Shown: positions 1-12,888, numbered from the stretch's first letter. The stretch is DNA of 64,000 nt from Octopus vulgaris (GCA_951406725.2 OX597830.1:3658001-3722000); one strand, 5' to 3'. A program made the numbers and translations. The notes: generated by a model not told the origin, from the letters alone.

Positions 1-84
1 TATATATATATATATCATCATCGTTTAACGTCCGCTTTCCATGCTAGCATGATATATATACACACACACACACATATATATATA

Positions 85-612
85 TAACAAATGAAAGACA
101 GAAGATGGAATATACGAGAATTTATCATTTTCACGACAATTGTTTAACTGCATCTAGCATCGATTCCGGTGGTGCAGATGTATCTCGTCAGGTGATAAGT
201 AAATAAAAACTCATTAAAATGACTGTTCCACAATGTAACTTACTGTTTTGTAAAAAGCAAAGACAGCCAGGCAGAGGAAAAATCTTCATAAATATAGAAG
301 ATCAAAAATAAAATTACAGAAGACAAAAAGAGAAACGAATGCGTAATCCATCAAGCAAAATATTGAAAATAACTTAACCGATATGACTGTATAAATGCCC
401 TGGGTGTGTTTCTCTCTACAAAGCAGTAAGTTACATTGTGGAACAGTCATTTTAATGAGTTTTTATTTATTTATCACCCGACGAGATACATCTGCATCAC
501 CGGATGCTCCTGAAACAGTTGTTGAGTTTTCCACCCAAGAGAAATTGTTGAAACAATTGTTGTGATTAATAATATATTCTCGTATGTTCCATCTTCTGTC
601 TTCCATTTGCTA
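85..612. mobile_element. Fold-back (inverted-repeat) non-autonomous element with a hammerhead-like motif in each arm; probably Penelope-derived
   Basis: About 85-255 is the reverse complement of about 415-612 (e.g. AAATAAAAACTCATTAAAATGACTGTTCCACAATGTAACTTACTG vs CAGTAAGTTACATTGTGGAACAGTCATTTTAATGAGTTTTTATTT). Confidence 0.75.
131..196 (-). ncRNA. Type I hammerhead ribozyme-like motif (one core change)
   Basis: Minus strand reads TCAC-CTGACGA-[long stem II]-TAAA-CAATT-GTC-GTGA: stem I TCAC/GTGA, palindromic stem III ACAATTGT, GUC triplet. The partner arm (473-566, +) keeps GAAAC but has CCGACGA. Confidence 0.6.
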
Positions 613-678
613 TTTACACAACGATCACTCTGAAAGTGACCATGCTTTAACAGTAAGCTACCAGGTATAAACCATTCG

Positions 679-715
<37 letters not shown>

Positions 716-792
716 CAAAATGTGACCATGTGTGTATCGTTGGCAATTTTTTTTCCTCCATCTTCCCTTCCTTGGATCTTTCCTTTTCCTAT

Positions 793-827
793 GTTTCTGA
801 CGAAGAGCTCTGCTCGAAACGTTAAAT
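793..827 (+). ncRNA. Minimal type I hammerhead ribozyme in a short repeat (about 718-930)
   Basis: GTTT-CTGACGA-A-GAGC-TCT-GCTC-GAAA-CGTT-AAAT: intact core, 4-bp stem II, palindromic AACGTT stem III. Confidence 0.7.
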
Positions 828-950
828 TCTCCTCCTTTCTTTCCTTTCTTGAGCGTCCAATAACACTATACTTGTTTCACGTCCTTGCGTTGTTGTGTTT
901 TCTCTTTGTGTTTTCATGTTTGGATTAACTTTATATATATATATATTAAC

Positions 951-994
<44 letters not shown>

Positions 995-996
995 TG

Positions 997-1110
997 ATGG
1001 GTTTCTTTCAGTTTCCTTCTACTAAATCCACTCACAAAGCCAGCAGTTATAAACCAAGTGTGGAACCATGTGTTTAAGAAGCAAATGTCTTACCATACAA
1101 CCACTCTGTT
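997..1110 (-). mobile_element. Partial tRNA-derived SINE (family A)
   Basis: TTCAGTTTCCTTCTACTAAATCCACTCACAA matches the reverse complement of the full copy at 10126-10552. Confidence 0.7.
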
Positions 1111-1779
1111 TCTTTTTTTATCCTCATTATTATTTCTCAGCAGCTGAAAGGAAGGGAACGTTTCCAATGTAAGTGGGGAAGTTGAAATTTCCAAACAGAG
1201 CAGGGAAATCACATTAATACATTAATTAATAATGAATGGGGAATATTTACTTTCAAAGTCTATCAGGAAGGTTTCCTGTTGTTAATGTAATCCTCTGTTC
1301 TATGCTATTGATTTCTGGTAATGAAGCTGATGTTGATATGTTCGTTGTTGTAGTTTATCTTTTTAATGAGAAGGGAAAGCAATGCTTATGACACTTTATA
1401 GGGCCTTCATGACTGGTGGAATGGAGGGAGAAAAATATCCTTTAATAGTTACTTTGTAGAAGTGAAAGAAGCATGAAGTGATTTTCTAAACGGTGAGTGA
1501 TATGTATTCATGGGTACCCAAGGGTACCTTACCTGATTATATCAGCTTTGATACTTCATGAAGTTGTTAATATTTTAATGAACAGAAACATAAATGCATT
1601 AATAAATGGACAATGAATGAAGAACATTTAGACTGAAAATATCTGTAATCCTGTCCATTGTTTAGTAGAAGTTTGTTGTTGACTATACTTTTAACAATGT
1701 ATTGATTGACCTGTCAATAAACAAAATATTAGCAGTGAGAAGCTTGTGACTGTGTGTATCTGCTTGTGAATTGTGAATT

Positions 1780-3620
1780 GCCTCTTTAGTAATCTGCAAT
1801 GCTGCTTGATGACCACAATTTAATTTTTGACATTTTCATCAAAGAAACTCTCTTGTTTAATCTGTGGAAAATTTCTAAGATCTTGAGATTGAATGGATTT
1901 CCTGTTCTGATGTTCAAAGTATTCATGCTTGGAGTGCTCATGGGGGAGAAATTGTTTAATGTTGAACTATTTTCTCTCAGAATAAGTTCAAATTTTTGTA
2001 ATGAATATTGCTGTATGTTATCCTTGATATCTTCCACTCCTAAAGCACTCATTTGATCTTCTTAAAGTTGATTTTCAAATGCTGCAAATAGGTTTGTCAA
2101 CTTCTGCAAGATTGCAGTAATTTAGGTTCGAGTGTAAAAGTTATTGCAGCTGATCGGGAGAGGCTGGAACATTTGCAAACTCCATAGTTCGATTGTATTC
2201 ACAGTTATCATATGCTGAGCCCAGTTTCATTGCAGCGTCTTTGTAAGTTTGTTTGGCAAACGACTCCATTAATTGTTCTCATATCTTCAAATTATGTAAC
2301 TCCAGGAATACGATGCAATAAAGCTCTCATACAGAATCACTCTCATTCCTTTTCTGAAACAAAGTAGAGACATTTTATTGCGAGTGCATTATTTTTTCTG
2401 AAATGTCACATTTGTTCAGTATTATTGCAAGTGTGAAATTTATGAAAGTGAAAACAAGAAGCCATTACAACTGTGTGATGTATTTTCCTGAGAGTCTTTA
2501 AGGAATTGTTTTTTTATATTTACCATCAATCATACATGTTGCATTGGGTTTATCTCACCCACATGGACCATGTAGCATGCTTTTGGCAACATGTTGAAAT
2601 AGAATCAGTTGTGTTTATGGATTTGGAAGTTCTGCATATGCAAACGTATCATAATGTTGTGGATCTAGCTTATATTCTTTATTTAATATGAACAATACAC
2701 AACAATGGAGTAGTCAATGCTTTTGAAACTCTATGTACTTTGCAATCTTTCCAAAAACGTTCTTCTCCAAAATGTCATATAAGAGATCCCTACGTTTCAT
2801 ATTAGATACTCTATCAGTTAAGTCTGGTCGTGTCAGTCTTGGATAATATTCATCTGTGATTTCTTTCCATTAGGGATTACAGGTGAAGAAGGTCATAAGG
2901 AAAGTTGGTTTTCCTAACTTTTTAACAATTGCCATCAAGTGATGATATAGTTTCTTCATCTATGGTTGTTGGATGGACGTCCTATGAATGCTGGAGGCAT
3001 GATTACTCTTTTGCTAATGTTTAAGCGACAGCAATATGTGCAATCATGAATATTTTGATACACTTTTGTCTTCATATGTTTTTTTGATTAGGTCAAATCC
3101 ACTGTAACCTTGCTTCTTCAATTCTGGAATACATATGACTGCAATATTTCTGAACTAAACGACCTGAATAGTCAAGGAAACGGAAATTATGTACTTAAAC
3201 CATGATCCTGGATTTGTTAAACTTCATTTGTGATATTTTTGACTCTTACCTTCAACATCAAAAGTTGAAGTTGACTCTTCATCCCATATCAGCAAATGAA
3301 AATAGCAATGGGGACTGCAGTGGGTCATAATTTAGATGCATCGACTTGATTGTTTGAAGGCATGATTCATCAGAAACACACATTTTATGCAGTGTCAGGC
3401 AACTTTTGCAGTTGTACTGTTTCCAAATTTGCATCTAGCTTCTTCGAGATGATTGCATGTTTGGTTACCAGTCGTAGGAATGTATTTGTCTTCTGGAATA
3501 ACCATTGAGAGCTCTGGTGCTTTAACAGTGTCTAAATAGTCTGCATTATTTTGCTGAGGAAGTCGAGTCAACTATTTTTGAAATCTTAAGGATAGTTAAG
3601 TTGATGTGCTTCATTAAAAC
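1780..3620 (-). mobile_element. Decayed Helitron Rep/helicase remnant
   Basis: Hand translation of the minus strand gives Helitron Rep motifs in the expected order, with many stops and frameshifts: HLNYDPLQSPLLF (~3310), KRVIMPPAFIG (~3000), AIVKKLGKPTF..FTCNP*WKEI (~2900), RPDL..RV, IEFQK (~2725), PCG..NPNATCMIDGK (~2550), FCMRALLHRIPGVT*FEDMRTING (~2310), TYKDAAMKLG (~2235). May extend left to about 1140. Confidence 0.85.
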
Positions 3621-4067
3621 CTCTGCAAATTAGTCGTTGCTAACCCCCACTACCTCTCCAATCATCATGAATTTTTTGTGAAGCACAGTTAAGGGGTTTT
3701 GAATGTCAGATTTGTCCAACAAATTTAACAACATTTAATAAGCAATGTATGTGATTTTATTTTGTTGAAAGAAAAATGCTAAAAGTATATTTACCTTTGT
3801 TAAAAACAATGAAATATTAATTCTTAACAAAATGCTGGCAAGACAGGCAACATGAAAAAAACCTCAAACACCAACTGTGGAAAATGTAAAATAGAGCTCT
3901 AAGATGAAATGCAATTGTGTTAAGAGGACATGCATTTATAAAGAAATGAAAAGTTGCTGTCTAAATTCTACCAAGAAATTTTAATATGTGTGTGTATGAA
4001 TATCTATATGTATATATACACACACACACATATATATATATATATATCATATATATCATATATATAT

Positions 4068-6143
4068 CACCATTATCATCGTTTAGCGTCTGCTTTCGAA
4101 GCTAGCATGGGTTGGACGGTTCAACTGGGGTCTGGGAAGTGAGAAGGCTGCACCAGGCCCAGTCTGATCTGGCAATGTTTCTACAACTGGATGCCCTTCC
4201 TAATGCCAACCACTCCGTGAGTGTAGTGGGTGCCTTTTACATGCCACCGGCACAGAGGCCAGTCGGGGCAGCACTGGCAATGGCCACATTCGGATGGTTC
4301 TCTTATGTGCCACCGACACTGGTATCACTGCTACATTTTCCGTTGATGTTGATTGATTTCCATTTTGATTCTGATTCTCACTTGCCTCAACAGGTCTTCA
4401 CAAGTCGAGTTTTGTGTCCCAAGAAGGAAAGGTATGCATAAGTAGACTGAGGCCATGGGTTATGGTCTCACTAGTCCTGTCAGGTCTTTTCACGGACATC
4501 ATACTTCCAAAGTTCTCGGTTTCTAGTCATTTCCTCAGTGAGACCTAAAGTTCGAAGGTCGTGCTTCACCACCTCATCCCAGGTTTTCCTGGATCTACCT
4601 CTTCCACAGGATCCCTCAACCGCTAGGGTGTGGCACTTTTTCACTCAACTATCTTCATCCATTCTCACCACATGACCATACCAGTGCAAGTGTCTCTCTT
4701 GCACACCACAACTGATGCTTCTTAGGTCCAACTTTTCTCTCAAGGTAGTTACACTCTGTCGAGTATGCACACTGACATTACACATCCATCGGAGCATACT
4801 GGCTTCATTTCTTGCGAGCTTACACATATCCTCAGCAGTCACGGCCCATGTTTCACTGCCGTGTAACATGGCTGTTCATATACATGCGTCATACAGTCTG
4901 CCTTTTACTCTGAGCGAGAGGCCTTTTGTCACCAGCAGAGGTAAGAGCTCTCTGAACTTTGCCCAGGCTATTCTTACTCTAGCAGTTACACTTTTAGCAC
5001 ACCCACCCCCGCTACTGACTTGGTCACCTAGGTAGCGGAAGCTATCAACTACTTCTAGTTTTTCTCCCTGGAACATGGTAGACGTTGGTCTCTGCACATT
5101 TTCAGTGTTTATTGCTCCTGAGCATCTGCCACATATAAAAACTATTTTCTTAGTTAGCCTTCCTTTGACATTGCTGCACCTCTTACGTGTCCATAGCTTA
5201 CATTTGATGCATCTTATAGAGTTTCTACCTACGCCTTTTCTACAGATCGAACAGGGCCATCTACCTGAAGGCGTTTGTGATTTGTCAACCTTCCTACTTA
5301 TTAGGACTTTGGTTTTAGCTAGGTTGACTCTAAGGCCCTTTGATTCTAATCCTTGCTTCCACACCTGAAACTTCTCCTCCAGTTCTGATAGTAACTCAGC
5401 AATTAGAGCAAGGTCATCAGCATAGAGGAGCTCCATTATTGCCTGGAGAACTATGATAAATAGGAGGGGGATGAGAACTGAACCTTAGTGGATCCCTACC
5501 TCTACCCGGAATTCTTCACTGTACTCGTCGCCAACCCTCACCTTACTAGCAGCGTCCCTGTACAAGGCTCGTACAGCTCTCACTAACCATTCATCTATCC
5601 CTAGTTTCCTCATTGACCACCAGATAAGGGATCGGGGAACCCTGTCGAAGGCTTTCTCCGTGTCAACAAAAGCCAGGTACAGGGGCTTATCTTTGGCTAG
5701 GTATTTCTCCTGCAGCTGCCTTACCAGGAATATAGCATCAGTGGTACTTTTCCCTGGCACAAACCCAAACTGCATCTCATCTAAACAAACTCTCTCTTTA
5801 ATTAGTTGGGCTATGACCCTCTCCGTAACCTTCATTACCTGATCCAACAGCTTGATATCTCTGTAATTATTTGTATCTAGGGCGTCACCTTTTCCTTTGT
5901 AGCAGTTGACTATTATGCTGCTACACCAGTCATTGGGTATGACTCCTTCATGTATCACCTGATTAACTATACAGGTGACTAGGCTATAGCCGACACTACC
6001 AGATATTTTGAGCATCTCTGCAGTGATTTCTGATGAGCCTGGGGCTTTCTCTGTCTTCATGCTTCTAATTGCCTTAACTACCAAGGAACTGTCAACTCGT
6101 ATAGCCTCTGTTGGGTCGACATTCGGCAGGCACTCTTTATCGT
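4068..6143 (-). mobile_element. 5'-truncated RTE-clade LINE (RT, Cys-rich PHD-like insert, 3' UTR, (ATG)n tail)
   Basis: ORFs 5485-6140 (KAPG, KGKGD, QFGFVPGKSTTDAIF, FVDTEKAFDRVPR), 4876-5436 (LLYADDLAL, WPCSICRKGVG..C..C, FRYLG) and 4645-4869 (HGSETW, MLRW); frameshifted. (CAT)n tail at about 4068. Confidence 0.92.
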
Positions 6144-6750
6144 GCATATTGACATATACATGCATATATATGTATATATATATATGCATATATGAGTACA
6201 GGACGACACAAAATGTAAACAACATGATATGTGCCTTTGAGAAAACAGTCGCTCCCACAAACCAAAAGAAAGTTTGAGATTTTGCAGAGATCAAAGTTGG
6301 TAACAAAAACAGGACAGTGAAAGAAAAAATTCTTTTATTTCTCCCCTTCACTGTTTTCTGTCTGTCCCCCTCTCTCTCTCACTCCCTCTTCCTCCTTTAC
6401 TCTCTCATTGCTCACACGTGACCATCGTCCACCTTTTTTTCCCCATGCATTCATCTTTCTTTTTCTGCCAGTCTGTTGCATAGACCAGACATATTCTTGT
6501 TTGTCTCCTCTCCTATTTTTTCTCCTGTCAAAGAATATTCCTCAGTGTTCACCGCCTTACCCCATCTGGCTTAGCAGCCCTCACTATTTGTTTCACTGTC
6601 CTGTTTTTGTTACCAGCTTTGACCCTCTGCAAAATCCCTAATTTTATTTTGTTTTGTGGGAGCAACTGTTTTCTCGAAGGCACATATCATGTTGTTTACG
6701 TTTTGTGATGTTCTGTACCCATATATGCATGTATATGTCAGTATGTATAT
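6143..6750. mobile_element. Fold-back element with ~110-bp inverted arms
   Basis: 6143-6267 (GTACAGGACGACACAAAATGTAAACAACATGATATGTGCCTTTGAGAAAACAGTCGCTCCCACAAA) is the reverse complement of 6647-6750. Confidence 0.75.
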
Positions 6751-6769
6751 ATGCCTATATATATATAAA

Positions 6770-7645
6770 TAATAAGGAAATTATTATATACAGTGCTCAG
6801 GTGCACCACAACTTGTCAGAAAGTGCATATAAAGTATATGCAGTAACATACAAATGTCTGGAAAGTGAACAGTGTATGAGTCAGATACATGCTTGTGTGT
6901 GTATGGAGGGGATAAAATCCGGTGTAGTGTTGGCGAATCTCAGGAAGCATGGAAGTCTTGAAGGATGCAGTGCTCCGACAACTAACAACTGATGCCGGCA
7001 GTTTGTTCCATGCTTCAGCAACTCTTAGCATGAAAAAATGTTTCCTAAATTCATGGGAGCTGTGTTGTTTTCTGACTTTGTAAACATGTCCACGGGTGTT
7101 AGACAGGTGGAGTTTGAAAAGGTGCTCAGAGTTATTGTTTGTAAGATGGTTAATAATTTCATGGGTGTCTGCCAAGTCAGCTGCCAGACGTTGGAGTTTC
7201 AATGCATCCCGGCCCAGGGAAGTAAGGCGTTCAGAATATGGCAAATGCCTGATGGAGGGTATTCTCTTGATTGCACGTCGCTGAACGGCTTCCAGATGAT
7301 TAATATCCTGGGCAAGATAGGGGTTCCAGACTGGTGATACAAATTCCAGGCGAGGTCGTACCATAGCTATATAAACTCTCAGGTAGATAGCCAGAGAGCA
7401 GCTCACGAAGGACTTGGTGTGTGATGCCAAGACACCCTCAGCCTTATTGGCAATTTAAGCAATGTGTTTTGTCCAACGCAAATCACTGTTGACAATAACG
7501 CCCAGGTCACGTTCACACGAAGACTTTTTGAGATTTTAGTAAGTAGATGCTGGGTTTTTCCTCCCAAAATGCATGGTGGTATATTTGTCCACAGCCAGCT
7601 TGAGTTGCCAGTCCATGATCCACTGCTGCATTGTGTCCAGGTCTG
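6770..7645 (-). mobile_element. CR1/L2-type LINE 3' fragment
   Basis: ORF 6816-7430: YIAMVRPRLEFVSPVWNPY, LEAVQRRA, YSERL..L, TRGH, FF..RV...WNKLP. Confidence 0.88.
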
Positions 7646-7714
7646 ATTGCAATAGAGATATATATTTTATTTATACTATTATATGATTGAATGCCATGCA
7701 TCCATTTCCAAGTA

Positions 7715-7751
<37 letters not shown>

Positions 7752-7753
<2 letters not shown>

Positions 7754-7910
7754 GAAATTTACTGAAAAACAGAAGACAAAGACAGGTGTATAAACAACAA
7801 GCAGGTGTATTAGTTTGATACTCAGGAAGGTGAGAAAATGTTTTATGTTTCAAGCCTATGCTCTTCAACAGAAAGGAACACGAGGAAATAAACAGGGAAA
7901 GATTAAAATT
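7752..7910 (-). mobile_element. Short repeat with hammerhead-like core variant (same family as 17631-17860)
   Basis: Minus strand 7840-7875 reads TTT-CTGTTGA-A-GAGC-ATAG-GCTT-GAAA-CATA-AAAC; flanks match 17690-17850. Confidence 0.6.
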
Positions 7911-7986
7911 TCAGTTATTATAAAAAAAAGACCTAAGTGGTCACTTTTCTCCAAAATTGAACAGCCTCTGGGTTTGTTTACAAGTT

Positions 7987-8031
<45 letters not shown>

Positions 8032-8036
8032 TACAT

Positions 8037-8186
8037 ATCATCATCATCATCATCATCATTTAGCGTCCGTTTTCCATGCTAGCATGGGTTGGATGATTCA
8101 ACTGGGGTCTGTGAAGCTGGAATGCTTCATCAGGCCCAGTCAGATCTGGCAGTGTTTCTACGGCTGGATGCCCTTCCTAACGCCAA
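8037..8186 (-). mobile_element. RTE 3'-end fragment
   Basis: (CAT)n followed by TTTAGCGTCCGTTTTCCATGCTAGCATGGGTTGGA, as at 4068. Confidence 0.8.
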
Positions 8187-8604
8187 TATATACACATATA
8201 TATACACATATATATACATGTACGCACACACAAACACACAAACACACACACATGCACGCGCGTTGGTATATTTTAAATAGAGTTATTAATTGTTACTAAG
8301 CACAACATCATCATAAATACCATTATGTTCTCTATGTTTATGTGGAGTGAAAACTTAAGCCCATCTCATTCACATTATTGTTACCCTTTGGATACAATGA
8401 AAATTTTCGAATGGCTTAACATCACAAAAATAGCAAACGAAGTTGTGGGGATATTAGAACATACAGAATTTTCCAAGTAGTAATTCTAATAACTGCAGTC
8501 TAGTCATGAACACTGAACTCCCACCAGGGATAATGCATAAGAGGTTACTGCACATGCGTCATCAGAATTTCATATGTTCTTTTAAATGATTCTCGTGCCT
8601 ATGC

Positions 8605-8616
8605 ATACACACACAT

Positions 8617-8682
<66 letters not shown>
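8605..8682. repeat. (CA)n microsatellite, representative of dozens of (TA)n/(CA)n/(GA)n/(AAT)n/(CAT)n tracts in the window
   Basis: Directly visible. Confidence 0.95.
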
Positions 8683-8683
<1 letters not shown>

Positions 8684-9025
8684 GAGGCACACAGACAGAC
8701 AGGCAGGTAGGTAGGTAGGGAGATAGATACATAGTTTTAGATATGTTAGAATCATCAGATGTGTGAAACATCTACTGTACTTTATTTACCAGGACAATGG
8801 GTTCAACTCCACCCATGTCATCTTTTCTCTTGCATTTCTAAGCTAGATTTTCTCTTCCAATAATGTAGCTGTTGAAGATTTGTTGTACAGTGTTTGGAAA
8901 CATTGTAAGGCTTCATAGCTTTTTAAGAAAGGCAATTGAAAACTGATTCAGTGAATTCTTGCAAGAAAATCATGTGGAGATTTATGGGAAATTATTCCCA
9001 GTCAAATTTTATTTAATACCCGATA

Positions 9026-9912
9026 CGAGGTGCATTCGAAAAGTATCAACTTAATCTTTTTCTACCAAGATGAATACCACATGGGTAAAATTCTTTCAAT
9101 GAGAGACGACACACCCTACGTGTGTGTGCATGAAAATGTTTGCACCAGTAGACCAGATCAGTTCCCAGTTGTTACACCAAGAGTAGAAAGGTGTAGCACA
9201 TGTCTGTTGGAGTTTTGTTGTCACCGAACATATCAGTCAGAGACATTCCATCAAGTGTTGCCAAAAGCTTGGTGATACTCAAGCTCAAAACATCCAGAGG
9301 GTTCAGAAAGCCTTTGGCAATGATGCCATGGGCAAAACTCAGATCAAGGAGTGATACGACCACTTCAGACATTTTGCACCTCAATGAAAAGTGAGGCATG
9401 CTCAGTCAGGCCATACACAAACTGAAACAAGGAGCTGACTTAGAAGGTTCAGCAAATAGTTATGGAAAGCCATTGAGTAACAAACAAGTAAATTACTCCA
9501 GAAGTGGAGGTAAGTACAGGATTGGTGCATTTCATTTTAACAGAAAATTTGCGCATGCAGAAACTGTCAGCAGAATTTGTCTCTAAAGTGAAGCAACTCC
9601 ACATTCAGAACATACTGGACTGCATAAACCATGAACCAGACTTCATGAAGACCATCATCACTGTTGGTGAGACATAGATTTATGGTCTCTGCTCAAAGCT
9701 TTTGGTCATCTTGTGAGAAAACAAAAATCCAACTGGTGCACGCTATATGTCTGTACCCAGGGTATAACAGCTGGAGAGTGACTTGCTGTTCCATTGTGAA
9801 AATTTTCACATGTGTGCAGTGAGAGCGGTGTCACCTTCCAACTGAATTTTGTCCACACAGCATGATTTTTGGTGGGAAAAAATAAAGTCGGGTACTATTT
9901 GCATGCACCTCG
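9026..9912 (+). mobile_element. Internally deleted mariner transposon
   Basis: TIRs CGAGGTGCATTCGAAAAGTA / TACTATTTGCATGCACCTCG with TA on both sides; N-terminal transposase remnant QRHSIKCCQKLG...QKAFGNDAMGKTQIKE*Y. Confidence 0.85.
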
Positions 9913-10125
9913 TAATATCATATATAACTTATTTGAGCTGCTCTGAATTAAACCCTACACTGGTTTATTGAATTGAATTCTGAAGTTGGCTTGTTGTTCA
10001 GATTGTTATGACTCCAAAACAGTTTTTTGTCATATACATCCTAATATCAAAAGTATATATTATATATGCATTTTATGGTATGCAATATATTATAGTACAT
10101 ACTATATATGTATTAAAGATGTATA

Positions 10126-10295
10126 GGTGCAGGAGTGGCTGTGTGGTAAGTAGCTTGCTAACCAACCACATGGTTCCAGGTTCAGTCCCACTGCGTGGCA
10201 TCTTGGGCAAGTGTCTTCTGCTATAGCCCCGGGCCGATCAATGCCTTGTGAGTGGATTTGGTAGATGGAAACTGAAAGAAGCCGTTGTATATATG

Positions 10296-10332
<37 letters not shown>

Positions 10333-10552
10333 TTGTGTGTCTGTGTTTGTCCCCCTAGCATTGCTTGACAACTAATGCTGGTGTGTTTATGTCCCCGTCA
10401 TCTAGCGGTTCGGCAAAAGAGACCAATAGAATAAGCACTAGGCTTACAAAGAATATGTCCTGGGGTCGATTTGCTCGACTAAAGGTGGTGCTCCAGCATG
10501 GCTGCAGTCAAATGACTGAAACAAGTAAAAGAGTAAAAGAGAGAGTAAAGAG
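10126..10552 (+). mobile_element. Full-length tRNA-derived SINE family A (internal TA/TG microsatellite, GTAAAAGA tail)
   Basis: A/B-box-like head TGGCTGTGTGGT...GGTTCAGTCCC; near-identical copies at 18415-18820, 47163-47555 and 53508-53905. Confidence 0.88.
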
Positions 10553-12670
10553 TATTATAGTATTTATTATACAAGTATTATAGAACACAATTATATATAT
10601 GTAGTGAATTCTCTGGCTGCATAATTCAAACAGGCAGATTTCAGATAGTGAACTCTATTAAGTGTTAAACCATTAAAAAAAGTTAAAATCAAAATAAAAG
10701 GCTCAAATAGGCCATTCAGTTTTGCTTGTGTGTATGTATATGTACATGATATTGTTTTCATGTTATCTCTCCTTTTAAATGTATGAAGATGATTATGTGA
10801 ACTTGATTTAAAAATGGAAGAGGTGCAACCTAGTTATGATAAAGCAAAAGTAACATCACTCTTAAGTGCGATTTAAGAGAAAATAATATTGATTTTGATT
10901 GAATGTGGAACTTCACTTGACATGCTAAGCTATTTGCTAAACAATAGATATGGTTGAAATCTCTGCCATTTGGAATTGTTAGAAATCTTACAATGTGCAG
11001 GTAAAGTTATTAATAGATCAGATGAAATAAGGATCAAATAAATGTTCCCATTCTATCTGAAAAACTTTCTTATACTTTAAACTGACCCCATAAAGTCTTC
11101 CCTGATTGTTAGATACATATCTGTGACCCTACAATATAAACCTTATCCCTAGTAGTAGGATTATTGATTAATTTTAGGTAGCATTACGTCTCCCTATACT
11201 GTTATGCTTATAACTGATCATATTTAAGCTGTTTTTGCCTGCCGTTTGTTCTAATGACAAATACTGATGACTATAACTTTACTTCAGTGATATCTTATAG
11301 AATTCAATTTAATAATTTTTTTTCTAATTTACTTGAAGCCTTTGCCAATACATTAATGCTTGCATCATTCTCCTAATCAAGGACTTCAAAATCCTTTATA
11401 ATTCGTTATAATTCTATGAATTCTTTTAGCATTAATTGGCATGTATGACCTTTATAATTCGTCATAATTCTGATAAGCTCTTTCAACTTTCTTATTACTC
11501 CCAATAGATTTTAATTAATTATTGTAGTAGTGTTTGAACTATCTACTGAACATGCATGCTTTTTATTTTGATTTGCTTCGTTCTAAATAATATTGTAACA
11601 ACATGGGATAAGCAGAAGTGTTAGGTCTATGGTTATCGGTTTTTTATTGGGAATATCAGTTCTGTTTTTCCCTTCTCTGTTATTTTCTGGGCCTTCAACC
11701 CAACTTCTTTGCAGCTAAATAAATAACATCCGTAAATTTGATATTTAACTAATATAAATTAGCAAAGTTGTAAAGCTGTAAATCTTTAAGTTACCACCAA
11801 TTATTGCCTAGATGACTGTCATTATGATACACTATTCCTTGTTTATGCCAATACCACCTTTCTGTCAATATATTGACCATTCTGTCCATTTGACTTTACC
11901 AATTCTCTTTCTGTTGCTTCTTTCCCTTCCCTTCTCTGAAATTTCGAGGGAACTTCACTAACATACAATTTTCCTTAAGTTATTCTCTTTGAATTATAAT
12001 TTGCTAATATCCATTGATTAAATCTAATAATCTATTAGTTTTGTAATAATTAATCAGAGCAATTTATCAAGATTAATTGAGTGAATAAGTAATGCTGGAA
12101 TTTATTAACCATGCCAACCTTTAATGTGGTTAACTTCAAAACAACATAAGACTGTTAATGGTTATTTTGGGAATAGAGTCAGTGGCCTTTCTTTGAACAC
12201 ATTTTGATAGGGTCAAATGTCATGTTTGATGCCTGCTATTTGCTGCTATGCAATCATATTCTGCCACTGCTAGCCTTAACGAATGAGTTTGCTATGTTTA
12301 ATGACATCTTTCGAATACGAAATGCCTTTTAACTATTCTTTAATTTACAACTTCATCCTGCCTTCCCCCTTCCATGATTGACAGATTGTAGTCCCACCCA
12401 ATTTAGATTTCTTAAATATTGGCAATTCTGATGAGAAATTCCACTTGTTGATCTCTTGATTAATCAACAAGTCACTGCTTCTTTTACATTTGGTGAGCCT
12501 GATGAGTTGGGAGTTGACTAACATAATGTTATTGACATTGTGCATACAACAGTCTTGACTCTATTATGCTTTCATCACAATAATAACACTTAATGAAAGG
12601 ATTGTAGCAATACCAGGTCGCCCACTCCTCTGTTGTTGTTGTTGTTGTCTATATTTATATATATACATAT

Positions 12671-12834
12671 GAGGTTAGCTGAGTTTGAGGTTAAAATAAC
12701 CATCTAAGGGATAGAAGTATCCATTGCACTATTGGTATATTGCCTATGTTTAACCATGGACATACATGGACGCTAAATGATGATGATGATGATGATGATA
12801 CATATGCAAGCATGTTATGCTCTGTTTTCTTTAA

Positions 12835-12838
<4 letters not shown>
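12671..12838 (-). mobile_element. Short dispersed repeat, same family as 62274-62615, with a tiny RTE tail inserted
   Basis: AGGTTAGCTGAG..GAGGTTAAAATAACCATCTAAGGGATAGAAGTATCCATT is the reverse complement of about 62560-62615; GGACGCTAAA(TGA)n insert at about 12768-12798. Confidence 0.7.

Positions 12839-12887
<49 letters not shown>

Positions 12888-12888
<1 letters not shown>

Noticed and set aside
6144-6351. Signal-peptide-like N-terminus fused to RT in the 288-aa ORF
   Set aside because: Read-through from the adjacent fold-back element into the truncated RTE; not a real fusion gene.
11100-12620. Possible ancient minus-strand LINE (AIIGGNLK resembling the IIGGDFN motif)
   Set aside because: Only one weak motif was found by eye; a profile search is needed before calling it.
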